A stretch of DNA of 64,000 nt from Gaiellaceae bacterium (GCA_046594445.1 JBKJSM010000075.1:23819-87818); one strand, 5' to 3'. Shown: positions 21,068 through 29,496, numbered from the stretch's first letter. Program-made: numbers and translations. The notes: generated from the sequence alone by a model not told the origin.

Positions 21068-22323
21068 GCGCCGTGCACCAGCCGGCCGTCGGCCACCGTC
21101 TGCACGACCGCTCCGCGCAGGCGCTCGCCGAGCAGCCAGGAGTTGGCCGAGCGGGACCGGAAGCCGGCCTCCTCAACCGTCCACTCGGTTTCGAGGTCGA
21201 GCAGTACGAGGTTCGCCCGCGCGCCGACCTCGACGCGAGGCTCGGGCAGGCCGAGGGCGCGCGCCGGTCCGCCGGACAGGCGCTCGAGCAGCAGCTCGAG
21301 CGGGATCAGGCCGGGCTCGACCAGATGCGTGTAGAGCGCGGCGAAGGCGGTCTCGAGCCCGGTGACGCCGAAAGGTGCGTCCTCGAACGGCGCCTCCTTC
21401 TCCTCGCGGGAGTGCGGCGCGTGGTCGGTTGCGATGCACGCGATCGTGCCGTCGCGGAGCGCGTCGATCAATGCCTTGCGGTCGACATCGCCGCGCAGCG
21501 GCGGGTTCATCTTCACGTTCGGGTCGAGCGAGCGGACGACCTCGTCGGTGAGGACGAGGTGGTGCGGCGTCACCTCGGCGGTCGCCTCGATCTCTCGCTC
21601 GTGGGCGCGGCGCAGCGCCTCCACCGACTCGAGCGCGGAGAGGTGCATCAGGTGCAGCGGCCTGTTCTCGAAGGCGGCAAGCGAGAGGTCCCGCTCGACC
21701 ATGGAGCTTTCCGCCACCGAGGGGTACGGCGCGAAGCCGAGCTCCGAGCAAACGGCTCCCTCATGCATTTGGCCGTCGCGGGACAGGGTCGGCTCCTCGC
21801 AATGGAGCGCGAGCGTCCGGCCTGTGATCGCGCCGTACTGCAGCGCTCGGCGCATCAGTCCCGCGGAGGTGACCGGGCGGCCGTCGTCGGTGAAGGCGGC
21901 CGCGCCGGCGTCGGCGAGCTCTCCCATTTCGGTCAGCTCGTCCCCGTCCAGGCGCTTGGAGATGGCAGCCATGAAGCCCGTCGGCACGAGCGCCTCGCGC
22001 TTCGCCGCCTCGACGAGCGAGCCGAGCACCGCGGCGGAGTCGACCACCGGGTCGGTGTTGGGCATCGCCAGGATCGCACAGTAGCCGCCCGCCGCCGCGG
22101 CGGCGGTTCCACTCGCAATCGTCTCCTCGTCCTCGCGTCCGGGCGAGCGCAGGTGCACGTGAGGATCGACGAACGCGGGCGCCAGCACGCGGCTCGTCGC
22201 GGGCGCGGGCTCGATCCGGACGATGACGCCGTCGTCGACCGTGATCGTGACGCACTCCCCACCTGCGAGGCGTCCGGTGAGACTGAGGCTGTCGGAGCGG
22301 CCGTTCTTGCAGAAGAGCGTCAC
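21064..22323 (-). CDS. pyrC: dihydroorotase
   Basis: 419 aa: DPHVHLRSPG metal-binding motif, then ...ATDHAPH... Confidence 0.93.
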   Translation of the reverse strand: MTLFCKNGRSDSLSLTGRLAGGECVTITVDDGVIVRIEPAPATSRVLAPAFVDPHVHLRSPGREDEETIASGTAAAAAGGYCAILAMPNTDPVVDSAAVLGSLVEAAKREALVPTGFMAAISKRLDGDELTEMGELADAGAAAFTDDGRPVTSAGLMRRALQYGAITGRTLALHCEEPTLSRDGQMHEGAVCSELGFAPYPSVAESSMVERDLSLAAFENRPLHLMHLSALESVEALRRAHEREIEATAEVTPHHLVLTDEVVRSLDPNVKMNPPLRGDVDRKALIDALRDGTIACIATDHAPHSREEKEAPFEDAPFGVTGLETAFAALYTHLVEPGLIPLELLLERLSGGPARALGLPEPRVEVGARANLVLLDLETEWTVEEAGFRSRSANSWLLGERLRGAVVQTVADGRLVHGA

Positions 22324-23234
22324 GCCGCCACCGCCGACACTGCCGCGGGAACCTCGACCGCGAGCAGGTCGTGCAAGACGGCCATCCTGACGGCGAGGCC
22401 CGAGCGGACTTGCTCGAGGACGAGTGAGTCCGGGGAGTCCGCGACGCGGCCGTCCATCTCGACGCCCCGATTGATCGGCCCGGGATGCATCACCTTCTGC
22501 CCCGGCCGCAGACGCTCGGGCGTGATCCCCCAGCGGGCGGCGTACTCGCGCAGGCTCGGCACGTAGGCGGACTCCATCCGCTCGCGCTGCATCCGCAGGA
22601 CGTAGACGACGTCTGCGGACTCGATCGCGGCGATGTCGGTCGAGGTCTCGCAGCCGAGCGCCTCGATTCCGCGCGGGAGCAGCGTCGGCGGGGCGACGAG
22701 CGTCGTGTGGCCGCCGACGAGCGCGAGCGCCTGCACGAGCGAGCGGGCGACGCGACTGTGAAGGATGTCGCCGACGATCGCCACGTGGAGCCCCTCGAGA
22801 TCGCCGAGGGCCTGACGCATCGTGAACAGGTCGAGCAGCGCCTGCGTCGGATGCTGGTGCTTGCCGTCCCCGGCGTTGACGACCGCGGCGCCGCAGTGGC
22901 GGGCGACGATCTGCGGCGCACCGATCCGCGCGTGCCGGACGACGATCGCGTCGGGCTCATACGACGAGAGCGTCAGCACCGTGTCCTTGAGCGACTCGCC
23001 CTTGTCGAGCGAGGAGCCTGCGGCCTTGAGCGAGATCACGTCGGCGGAGAGCCGCCTCGCGGCCAGCTCGAAGCTCGACGACGTCCTGGTCGAGGACTCG
23101 AAGAACAGATTCACGACGAGCTTGCCCCTGAGCGTCGGCAGCTTCTCCTCCACGCCGGCGAGAGCGCCTGCCGTCTCGAGGATCCGCTCCACGTCGTCGC
23201 GGTCGAGGTCGGCGATCGAGAGCAGGTGTTTCAT
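22320..23234 (-). CDS. pyrB: aspartate carbamoyltransferase catalytic subunit
   Basis: 304 aa: ...FFESSTRTSSSFELA..., ...HPTQALLD..., ...MHPGPINRGVE. Confidence 0.96.
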   Translation of the reverse strand: MKHLLSIADLDRDDVERILETAGALAGVEEKLPTLRGKLVVNLFFESSTRTSSSFELAARRLSADVISLKAAGSSLDKGESLKDTVLTLSSYEPDAIVVRHARIGAPQIVARHCGAAVVNAGDGKHQHPTQALLDLFTMRQALGDLEGLHVAIVGDILHSRVARSLVQALALVGGHTTLVAPPTLLPRGIEALGCETSTDIAAIESADVVYVLRMQRERMESAYVPSLREYAARWGITPERLRPGQKVMHPGPINRGVEMDGRVADSPDSLVLEQVRSGLAVRMAVLHDLLAVEVPAAVSAVAA

Positions 23235-23830
23235 GCCGCCTCCTCCTTCTCCTCGGGCGCGCCGAGCAGCAGGATCCGGTCCGTGCCGTCCGTCTCCCGG
23301 AGCTCGACCTGGATCCGCTCGCCGCGCGCGGTCGGAAGGTTCGTGCCGACGTAGTCGGGCCGGATCGGTAGCTCGCGATGACCTCGGTCGACGAGGACGG
23401 CGAGCTCGACACCGGCGGGGCGCCCGTGCTCGAAGAGCGTCTCGATCGCGGCGCGGATCGTGCGTCCGGTGTAGAGGACGTCGTCGACGAGGACGACGGT
23501 CATGCCGCGGAGCTCGAAGTCCAGCAGCGTTGCATGCACCACCGGCTGCTCCTGACCGGGGACGGCATCGTCGCGGTGAAAGGTGATGTCGACCGCGCCC
23601 AGCGCGACTTCCTCCCCGCTTCGCTCCTCGATCAGCGTCACGAGGCGCTCGGCGATCGGGACGCCGCGTGTGTGGATGCCGACGAGGGCGACCCGGGTGA
23701 GGTCGGGGTTGCGCTCGACGATCTCATGGGCGATGCGGGACAGCGCGCGGCCCAGCGCCTCCGCGTCCAGCAGGGTCTTTCCCGCGTCGCGGTCGGCGAC
23801 GTGCGTGCTCATTCCACTGTTCATTCCCAT
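23231..23830 (-). CDS. pyrR: bifunctional pyr operon regulator / uracil phosphoribosyltransferase PyrR
   Basis: 199 aa: ...LVGIHTRGVPIAERL..., and PRPP motif VVLVDDVLYTGRTIRAA. Confidence 0.93.
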   Translation of the reverse strand: MGMNSGMSTHVADRDAGKTLLDAEALGRALSRIAHEIVERNPDLTRVALVGIHTRGVPIAERLVTLIEERSGEEVALGAVDITFHRDDAVPGQEQPVVHATLLDFELRGMTVVLVDDVLYTGRTIRAAIETLFEHGRPAGVELAVLVDRGHRELPIRPDYVGTNLPTARGERIQVELRETDGTDRILLLGAPEEKEEAA

Positions 23831-23835
23831 CCTTT

Positions 23836-23853
23836 CCGGCCTCTCTGGACCGG
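23836..23853 (-). promoter_or_regulatory. PyrR-binding RNA hairpin overlapping the pyrR translation start region
   Basis: Minus-strand RNA CCGG-UCCAGAGAGG-CCGG carries the conserved PyrR loop UCCAGAGAGG. It is followed directly by AAAGGAUGGGAAUG, which holds the SD and start of pyrR. Confidence 0.75.
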
Positions 23854-23902
23854 GTTAAAGGGTCGAGCGCACAATAGCGCCCACATCGGACGAAGCGACG
23901 AG

Positions 23903-24904
23903 CTAGCCGGCGCCCAACTCGTTGACCCCGGTGAGCACGGCTGCTTCGGCCCGGGGCAGGCGCGCACCGCGCTTCACGAGCCGAGGCGTGCCGCGCTCCT
24001 CGAACGGAACCTCGATCAGGTCGAAGTCGCGTGGAACCACCGTCTGAGGGAAGATCGTGCGCGCCTCCCGCTCGACGTCGCCGCCGCCGTAGCGGCTCGA
24101 CAGATGCGTCAGTGCGAGCAGCTTCACTCCGGCGTCGCGCGCGACGCGGGCCGCTTCGAGCGCGGTCGAGTGCTCCGTCTCGCGAGCCCGCTCGGCCTCG
24201 TCCTCGCAGAACGTCGCCTCGTGGACGAGCACGTCGGCGCCGCGGGCCGCCTCGACGACCTCGTCGGAGGGTGCCGTGTCCCCGGTGAGCACGACCTTCC
24301 GGCCCGCCCTAGGCTCACCGAGCACGTGCTCGGGCGCGACGACGACGCCGCCGGCGAGCGTCACCTGCTCCCCCGCCTGGAGCGCGCCACGCTCGGGACC
24401 GAATGGAACGCCGAGCGCGTCGGCGGACGCCACGTCGAAGCGGCCGGGGCGCTCGTCCTCGACCAGTGCGTAGCCGAGCGCATCCCGGCCGTGGCGGGCG
24501 GCGAACGTTCGCAGCGCGTAGCCGTCGCGCGGGAGCGACGCGCCGGCCGCCAGCTCGACGACGCCGACCTCGTAGCTCAGCCGTCCGATGATCCGCCGGA
24601 GCGAGCCCAGCAGCTCCTCGAGGCCACGGGGGCCGTAGATCGTCAGCTGCAGCTCCCGGCCGCGGAGTGCGAACGTCTTCAGCATCCCGGGGATGCCGAG
24701 GACGTGGTCGGCGTGGAAGTGCGTCAGGAAGAGCTCCGAAAGGTCGACGAGCCCCACGTCGGAGCGCAGGAGCTGGCGCTGCGTCCCTTCGCCGCAGTCG
24801 AACAGCAGCCGCTCGCCCCCGCGCCGGACGAGCGTGGCGGAAGGCGCACGGCGGGCCGTCGGCATCGAGCCTGCGGTGCCCAGGAAGGCGACGTCGAGAT
24901 CCAC
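23903..24904 (-). CDS. rnz: ribonuclease Z (MBL-fold)
   Basis: 333 aa: FLGTAGSMPT..R..S......G...LFDCGEGTQRQL, then LTHFHADHVLG. Confidence 0.85.
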   Translation of the reverse strand: MDLDVAFLGTAGSMPTARRAPSATLVRRGGERLLFDCGEGTQRQLLRSDVGLVDLSELFLTHFHADHVLGIPGMLKTFALRGRELQLTIYGPRGLEELLGSLRRIIGRLSYEVGVVELAAGASLPRDGYALRTFAARHGRDALGYALVEDERPGRFDVASADALGVPFGPERGALQAGEQVTLAGGVVVAPEHVLGEPRAGRKVVLTGDTAPSDEVVEAARGADVLVHEATFCEDEAERARETEHSTALEAARVARDAGVKLLALTHLSSRYGGGDVEREARTIFPQTVVPRDFDLIEVPFEERGTPRLVKRGARLPRAEAAVLTGVNELGAG

Positions 24905-24924
24905 GCCGCCAGTCTAGGCCGGGG

Positions 24925-25161
24925 TTACGGCAGGACGAGGATCTGGCCGGGGACGATCGTCGTCCCGTCGAGCCCGTTCCGCTCCCGGATCTCCCAGACG
25001 CCCTTGCGAGGATCGGTGTAGCCGCTCGCGGCGATCGACCAGAGCGTGTCGTACGCCTGGACGACGTACTGCCGCTCCGGCTGCGACGCGTCCGAAGATC
25101 GCGCGAATGCAGCCCAGAGAAAGACGAGCAATGCCGCGACGATGATGATGCGTCCGAACAT
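24925..25161 (-). CDS. small TM + LysM-domain protein (YneA/ChiZ-like candidate SOS cell-division inhibitor)
   Basis: 78 aa. N-terminal TM IIIVAALLVFLWAAF, then LysM YVVQAYDTLWSIAASGY...NGLDGTTIVPGQILVLP. Two LexA boxes lie on its promoter and start codon. Confidence 0.8.
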   Translation of the reverse strand: MFGRIIIVAALLVFLWAAFARSSDASQPERQYVVQAYDTLWSIAASGYTDPRKGVWEIRERNGLDGTTIVPGQILVLP

Positions 25162-25168
25162 GTGTTCG
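25155..25168. promoter_or_regulatory. LexA (SOS/Cheo) box 2, overlapping the start codon of the LysM gene
   Basis: CGAAC-ATGT-GTTCG is a perfect CGAAC-N4-GTTCG palindrome. The N4 spacer contains the ATG (minus strand). Confidence 0.75.
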
Positions 25169-25170
25169 CC

Positions 25171-25199
25171 ATGATGCCACGAACACGCGTTCGTGTCAA
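25171..25199 (-). promoter_or_regulatory. sigma-70-type promoter of the LysM gene
   Basis: On the minus strand: TTGACA (25199-25194), a 17-nt spacer, then CATCAT (25176-25171). The -10 ends 9 nt before the ATG, so the leader is absent or very short. Confidence 0.6.
25180..25193. promoter_or_regulatory. LexA (SOS/Cheo) box 1, in the promoter spacer
   Basis: CGAAC-ACGC-GTTCG is a perfect palindrome, extendable to CACGAAC-ACGC-GTTCGTG. It lies between the -35 and -10. Confidence 0.75.
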
Positions 25200-25218
25200 G
25201 TGGAGGCGCGAATCAGAG

Positions 25219-25250
25219 GCTCTCGGGGCCGGTCTGCCGGCCCCGAGAGC
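25219..25250 (-). terminator. strong hairpin (I-shaped terminator candidate) after the secreted hydrolase-like gene
   Basis: GCTCTCGGGGCCGG-tctg-CCGGCCCCGAGAGC, a 14-bp perfect stem, sits 13 nt downstream of the stop at 25263. No clear U-tract. Confidence 0.55.
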
Positions 25251-25262
25251 GTCATGCTGCTT

Positions 25263-26798
25263 CTACTTGCCCTTCTTGCCCTTCTTGCCCTTCTTCGCCA
25301 CGGGCTTCTTCACCGGGGCCGACTTCCCCGCCCCGACCTGGAAGGCCTTCGAGACGAGCACCGTCGAGCGGCTGCTGTTGGCCCACGCGCTCAGCCTGAT
25401 CGCGTAGACGTACTTGCCCTCGGCCAGCGGGACCGACGGGAACTGGATCCGCGGCGTGAAGTTCGCCTTGATCGTGCCGTCGGTCGACAGCGTCGGCGCC
25501 TGGACGGCGGCGAGCTCACGGCTGATCTGGGCCTTGGCGACGGTCGACCTGAAGACGCCGGCCTTGTAGGTCGCATCCTCGAGGGCGCTCGCGTTGAACG
25601 CCCAAGCCTTCTGCGTCTTCATCTTGGGCTTCGACAGGTCACCGAACTCGGCCGCTCCGCCGACGACGCCGCTCGGGGGCGACCAGGCGACCTGCTGACC
25701 GGTGCATGTCGCGTTCGCCGCGATCGCGGCCGTCACCGCCGCAGCAGAGGGACGCGGGGTGCCGTCGGCGTAGTGCAGCGCCGCCTGCCAGCCGGCGAGG
25801 TTCTCCTCGTCGTGGAAGCCGAAGAAGTTCAGCGCCGCAATCGCCGGGTCGCAGGCCGCCCGCTTGACCAGCTCCGCGTAGATCTGTGCCTGCGTCTGTT
25901 CGGTCGTGACGTTGATGTTCTCGCCGCCCGTGTACCGGGCCTTCTTGTCGTCCGGGATCGCGACCTGCCAGCCGGTCTCGTCCAGGAAGAGCTTCGGCGA
26001 AGTGGGCTGCGCGGTGCCGCGGAACGCGTCGAAGAGGGCGAGCTTCAGCCGGTCGAGGTTGGGGAAGCCCATGTTCGGCCAGACGTAGCCCTTGTCGAGC
26101 GCGTCGGTGTGCTCGTTCGGGTAGGGGTGGAAGCTGAAGCCGTCCATCAGCGGCTTCGTCCGCCCGCTGCCGCGGTACCAATCGCCGAGCGCCTTCAGGA
26201 ACTTGACCGGCGAGGTGGAGATGTTGCTCGGCGCGTCCGGGCGGTCGTTGCCGCGCGGTGAGAGCCCGACGCCGAGCACCTCGATGCTTGCGTCGACCGA
26301 CTTGACCCCGTCGTAGCCGGCGGCCAGGAACGGGCCGAACGCAGCGGCCGACGCCTGCTTGCCGGCGGCGTCGAACTGCGGCCGCCAGAACGCGGGCTGG
26401 TTCGCCTCGTTGCCGACGATGTAGCTCCGTACCTGCGGGTACGTCCGCGCGAGCTGCGCGAGATAGGCGCCGAACGCGTCGGGCGAGACGCCGCCGGCCT
26501 CGATCTCCTTCGGCGGATAGGGGTAGACGGCGAGGATCACCTTGACCCCGTTCGCGAACGCGCGGGGAACCGCGACGTCGAGGAACGCCTTGTCCTGGAT
26601 CGTCGTCGGCTGGCTCGGCGTCCACCGGACGGTCATCACGTTGTTCTTCAGGCCGACGCGGGCCATCTTGGCGAAGAACGCGGCGTCACCCGTGTACTTG
26701 CCGGTGTCGTCGTTGGAGCCGAACTCGACCGCCGAGGCGGTGGAAGCCAGCACGAGGGCGCACAGCAGTGCAAGCGCCGCAGAAAATCGTTTCAACAT
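25263..26798 (-). CDS. secreted TIM-barrel glycoside-hydrolase-like protein with Lys/Gly-rich C-terminal tail (function unknown)
   Basis: 511 aa. Signal peptide MLKRFSAALALLCALVLASTASA, ...IVGNEANQPAFWRPQF... (GH-like NE motif), tail KKPVAKKGKKGKKGK. Paralog of 60111..61532. Confidence 0.8.
   Translation of the reverse strand: MLKRFSAALALLCALVLASTASAVEFGSNDDTGKYTGDAAFFAKMARVGLKNNVMTVRWTPSQPTTIQDKAFLDVAVPRAFANGVKVILAVYPYPPKEIEAGGVSPDAFGAYLAQLARTYPQVRSYIVGNEANQPAFWRPQFDAAGKQASAAAFGPFLAAGYDGVKSVDASIEVLGVGLSPRGNDRPDAPSNISTSPVKFLKALGDWYRGSGRTKPLMDGFSFHPYPNEHTDALDKGYVWPNMGFPNLDRLKLALFDAFRGTAQPTSPKLFLDETGWQVAIPDDKKARYTGGENINVTTEQTQAQIYAELVKRAACDPAIAALNFFGFHDEENLAGWQAALHYADGTPRPSAAAVTAAIAANATCTGQQVAWSPPSGVVGGAAEFGDLSKPKMKTQKAWAFNASALEDATYKAGVFRSTVAKAQISRELAAVQAPTLSTDGTIKANFTPRIQFPSVPLAEGKYVYAIRLSAWANSSRSTVLVSKAFQVGAGKSAPVKKPVAKKGKKGKKGK
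25266..25292 (-). repeat. 3 x 9-nt perfect tandem repeat (CTTGCCCTT) encoding the KKG repeats
   Basis: Read directly from the sequence. Lies in-frame inside the CDS 3' end. Confidence 0.9.
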
Positions 26799-26841
26799 TC
26801 CCCCCTAAGGACTCAGATTTATCGGTCACAACGATGATCGG

Positions 26842-27936
26842 TCAAGCTGAGGACGACCGGAAGGGGCCGTCCGGCCCATCTTCGGCATCCGAGGGGCCTA
26901 GTCCTTGGTCGTCCAGGAGGGCAAGGATCGCGTCCAGGACGTGGTCCGAGCCGAAGCGGACGACGTCGTCCGCGACAAGGCCGGTCTCGGCCTCGGCGGC
27001 CGCAAGCGCAGCCTGCGCACCGGCCTCGTCCAGCGTCCGGGTGTTCAGCACGATCGCCGCCACGCGTGCCTTGCGTGCGGGGAGGGAGATCCGCTCGTGC
27101 AGGTCGACGAGCTCTGTGAGCGGCAGCAGCGGATGCCCCGGGTAGCCCTCTACCTCGGTCGTGCCCGCCTCATGGCAGAGCACGAATGCGTGCGGAGCGG
27201 AGCCGTGGATCAGCCCGAGCGTGACGCCCGAGTACGCGGGATGCGTGACCGCACCCTGGCCCTCGACGAGCAGCAACGCACCGTCGCGCTTGTGCCCCTC
27301 GACGACGAGCTGCTCGGCGGCGCCGGCGATGAAGTCGGAGACGACCGCGTCGACGGCGATCCCCCACCCCGCGATCGCGATCCCGGTCTGGCCGGTCGGG
27401 ACGAAGCGCGAGGAAATCCCCCGAGCCCGCGCGGCGCGATCGAGCTCGAGCGCGACCGTCATCTTCCCGATCGCGCAGTCGGAGCCCACGGTGAGGACTG
27501 TCTTCGCCGGATGCAGGAGGTTCGCGCCCGTCGGGACGTTGAGCCCCGCGGGCGGGCGTCGCAGGTCACGCAGCTCGACACCGTGCCGCGCCGCGAGCGC
27601 GGACAGCTCCTCGTCGTCGCCGAGGAAGACGTGCAGCCCGTTCTCGAGGTGAAGGCCGTGCGAGACCGCGCTGCGCAGAAGCTCTTGCCAGGCCGGCGGA
27701 AACCGTCCGCCCGCCGTGACGACGCCGACCAACGCGGTCGTGGGCTCGTACCGGAGCGCCTCCTCGACCGAGGCGACGATCGGAACGCCCGCCTCCGTCT
27801 CGCCCGCGTGCACCGAGTCGAGGATCGCGACGACGGGCCGCTCGCCGTAGGCGAGCACGCCCCGGCCGGTCTTCGCGTAGTGGGGATCACGCCAGAAGCC
27901 CTCGGCGAGAATGAGGATCCGCTCAGGCTGCTGCAA
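26842..27936 (-). CDS. DUF1611-family protein (possible DgcN-type N-acetyltransferase)
   Basis: 364 aa: ...ILAEG......AKTG.G.L.Y......VAILDS..AG..., ...TVGSDCAIGKMTVALEL..., ...PTGQTGIAIAGWG, typical of DUF1611. Confidence 0.75.
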   Translation of the reverse strand: MQQPERILILAEGFWRDPHYAKTGRGVLAYGERPVVAILDSVHAGETEAGVPIVASVEEALRYEPTTALVGVVTAGGRFPPAWQELLRSAVSHGLHLENGLHVFLGDDEELSALAARHGVELRDLRRPPAGLNVPTGANLLHPAKTVLTVGSDCAIGKMTVALELDRAARARGISSRFVPTGQTGIAIAGWGIAVDAVVSDFIAGAAEQLVVEGHKRDGALLLVEGQGAVTHPAYSGVTLGLIHGSAPHAFVLCHEAGTTEVEGYPGHPLLPLTELVDLHERISLPARKARVAAIVLNTRTLDEAGAQAALAAAEAETGLVADDVVRFGSDHVLDAILALLDDQGLGPSDAEDGPDGPFRSSSA

Positions 27937-28927
27937 CGCCGAGCCCGGGCCTATCGGAGGGAACCTGGACGCCGTCGGCGAAGGCGACGCCGGGCCAGGG
28001 GTCGTCGGCGATCAGCAGGTTCCCGTCGAGGTCGACGTGGTCGCACAGGGGCGCGACGGCGCAGCCGGCGGCGATGCCGAGGCCCGACTCGATCATGCAG
28101 CCGAGCATGACGCCGAGCCCGAGCGCACGGGCTGCGTGCGCCATCCGGATTCCCTCGCGGATCCCGCCCGACTTCGCGAGCTTGATGTTGATCCCGTGCG
28201 CGATCTCCGCGCAGGCGGCGACGTCAGCGAGCCGGTGGCAGTCCTCGTCGACGTAGATCGGGATCGGCGACCGCTCTTTCAGCGTCCGGCCGCCCTCGTT
28301 GCCCGCGGGCAACGGCTGCTCGCAGTAGGCGACGCCGAGCTCGGCGAGCTGCGGGAGCGACTCGAGCGCCTCCTCGAGCGACCACCATTCGTTCACGTCC
28401 ACCTGCAGCGGCAGGTCGGTGACCGCCCGCACCGCGCGAACGCGCTCGACGTCGAGCCCGTCGGCGCCGCCCAGCTTCAGCTTCAGCCGCCGGAAGCGCG
28501 TCGCCGCCTTCTCGGCGCGGCGGGCCATGTCGTCGGGGTCGCCGAGCCAGACCGTCCAGGACGTGGGCGGGCCGGTGCGCGGGAGGCCGAGCAGCTTCCA
28601 GACCGGGACGCCGAGCAGCTTCCCCTGTAGGTCGTGCAGCGCGCCGTCGATCGCCGCTCTGGCCGCGTTTTCGCCCTGCGGCAGCCGGGCCTCGATCTCC
28701 TCGAGCGCGAACGGGTCGTCGCCGAGCAGGGCCGCGTGCTCCTCGAGATAGGCGAGCGCCGACGCCGGGGTCTCGTCGTAGCGCTCGATCGGCGCTCCCT
28801 CGCCGAAGCCCGAGACGCCGTCGTGGCGGAGCTCGACCTGGACGACGTCGTCCTCGTCGCTCGACTCGCGCGCGATCACAAAGGTCTCGGCGAGCCGCAG
28901 GGTCACGATCCGGGCTGAGAGCTCCAC
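27923..28927 (-). CDS. enolase-superfamily dipeptide epimerase / N-acyl amino acid racemase-like protein
   Basis: 334 aa. ...LKLKLG..., ...VDVNEWWS..., ...YCEQPL..., ...IYVDEDC..., ...INIKLAKSGGI... fit the MR/MLE-type metal ligands and catalytic Lys pattern. Confidence 0.8.
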   Translation of the reverse strand: MELSARIVTLRLAETFVIARESSDEDDVVQVELRHDGVSGFGEGAPIERYDETPASALAYLEEHAALLGDDPFALEEIEARLPQGENAARAAIDGALHDLQGKLLGVPVWKLLGLPRTGPPTSWTVWLGDPDDMARRAEKAATRFRRLKLKLGGADGLDVERVRAVRAVTDLPLQVDVNEWWSLEEALESLPQLAELGVAYCEQPLPAGNEGGRTLKERSPIPIYVDEDCHRLADVAACAEIAHGINIKLAKSGGIREGIRMAHAARALGLGVMLGCMIESGLGIAAGCAVAPLCDHVDLDGNLLIADDPWPGVAFADGVQVPSDRPGLGVAAA

Positions 28928-28949
28928 GCCGGGTACACTAGAGCGCTCC

Positions 28950-29022
28950 GCGCCCGTAGCTCAGGGGATAGAGCGCACGCCTCCGGAGCGTGAGGTCGGA
29001 GGTTCGAATCCTCCCGGGCGCA
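28950..29022 (+). tRNA. tRNA-Arg (anticodon CCG)
   Basis: Manual cloverleaf: acceptor GCGCCCG/CGGGCGC, D arm GCTC/GAGC, anticodon stem CACGC/GCGTG with loop CUCCGGA, T arm GGAGG-TTCGAAT-CCTCC, discriminator A. Confidence 0.92.
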
Positions 29023-29043
29023 TTCCTCATCGGGGCGCAAGCA

Positions 29044-29075
29044 GAACCGGAATCCGCTTTCGCGGACCCCGGTTC
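29044..29075. terminator. palindromic stem-loop between tRNA-Arg and the convergent queF (bidirectional terminator candidate)
   Basis: GAACCGG-aat-CCGC-tttc-GCGG-acc-CCGGTTC. A second small hairpin, GACCC-ctgaa-GGGTC, lies at 29083-29097. Confidence 0.45.
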
Positions 29076-29112
29076 GCGCCAAGACCCCTGAAGGGTCGCT
29101 TCGCTCCCGGGC

Positions 29113-29496
29113 TCAGGCCTTGGCGGTGATCGTGATGCCGCCGCGCGCCTTTTGGGTCAGCACGACGCGCACCTTGTCCGCGGGGAGATCGAGCGCTCCG
29201 GCGACGTCGTCGCGGATCCGGACGGCCAGCGCCTCGCAGAAGGCGCCCTCGTTCCGGTAGGTGGCAAGGTAGAGCTTGAGCGACTTCGACTCGAGGCAGA
29301 GCGGTCCCGGCTCGTACTCGATCACCGCGATGTAGAAGTCGGGCTGCGCGGTGATCGGGCAGATCGCGACCAGCTCGTCGCTTGTCATCGACACGTGCGA
29401 GACGCCTGGGTTCGGGAAGGTCTCGAGCCCGGCGTAGTGCTCGGAGCCGGCGTGGCCGAGCGCGACGAACTCGGTCGAACGGGTCGTCTCGTCCAT
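29113..29496 (-). CDS. queF: NADPH-dependent 7-cyano-7-deazaguanine (preQ0) reductase
   Basis: 127 aa of unimodular QueF type: ...ELVAICPITAQPDFY......EYEP.....ESKSLKLYL..YRNEG.FCE. Confidence 0.9.
   Translation of the reverse strand: MDETTRSTEFVALGHAGSEHYAGLETFPNPGVSHVSMTSDELVAICPITAQPDFYIAVIEYEPGPLCLESKSLKLYLATYRNEGAFCEALAVRIRDDVAGALDLPADKVRVVLTQKARGGITITAKA

Noticed and set aside
25266-25292. Short tandem repeats here and at 46520..46564, considered as a possible CRISPR array or minisatellite
   Set aside because: The 9-nt units have no spacers and lie in-frame inside coding 3' ends, encoding KKG and DSD tails. They are not CRISPR-like. No CRISPR array was seen anywhere in the window.
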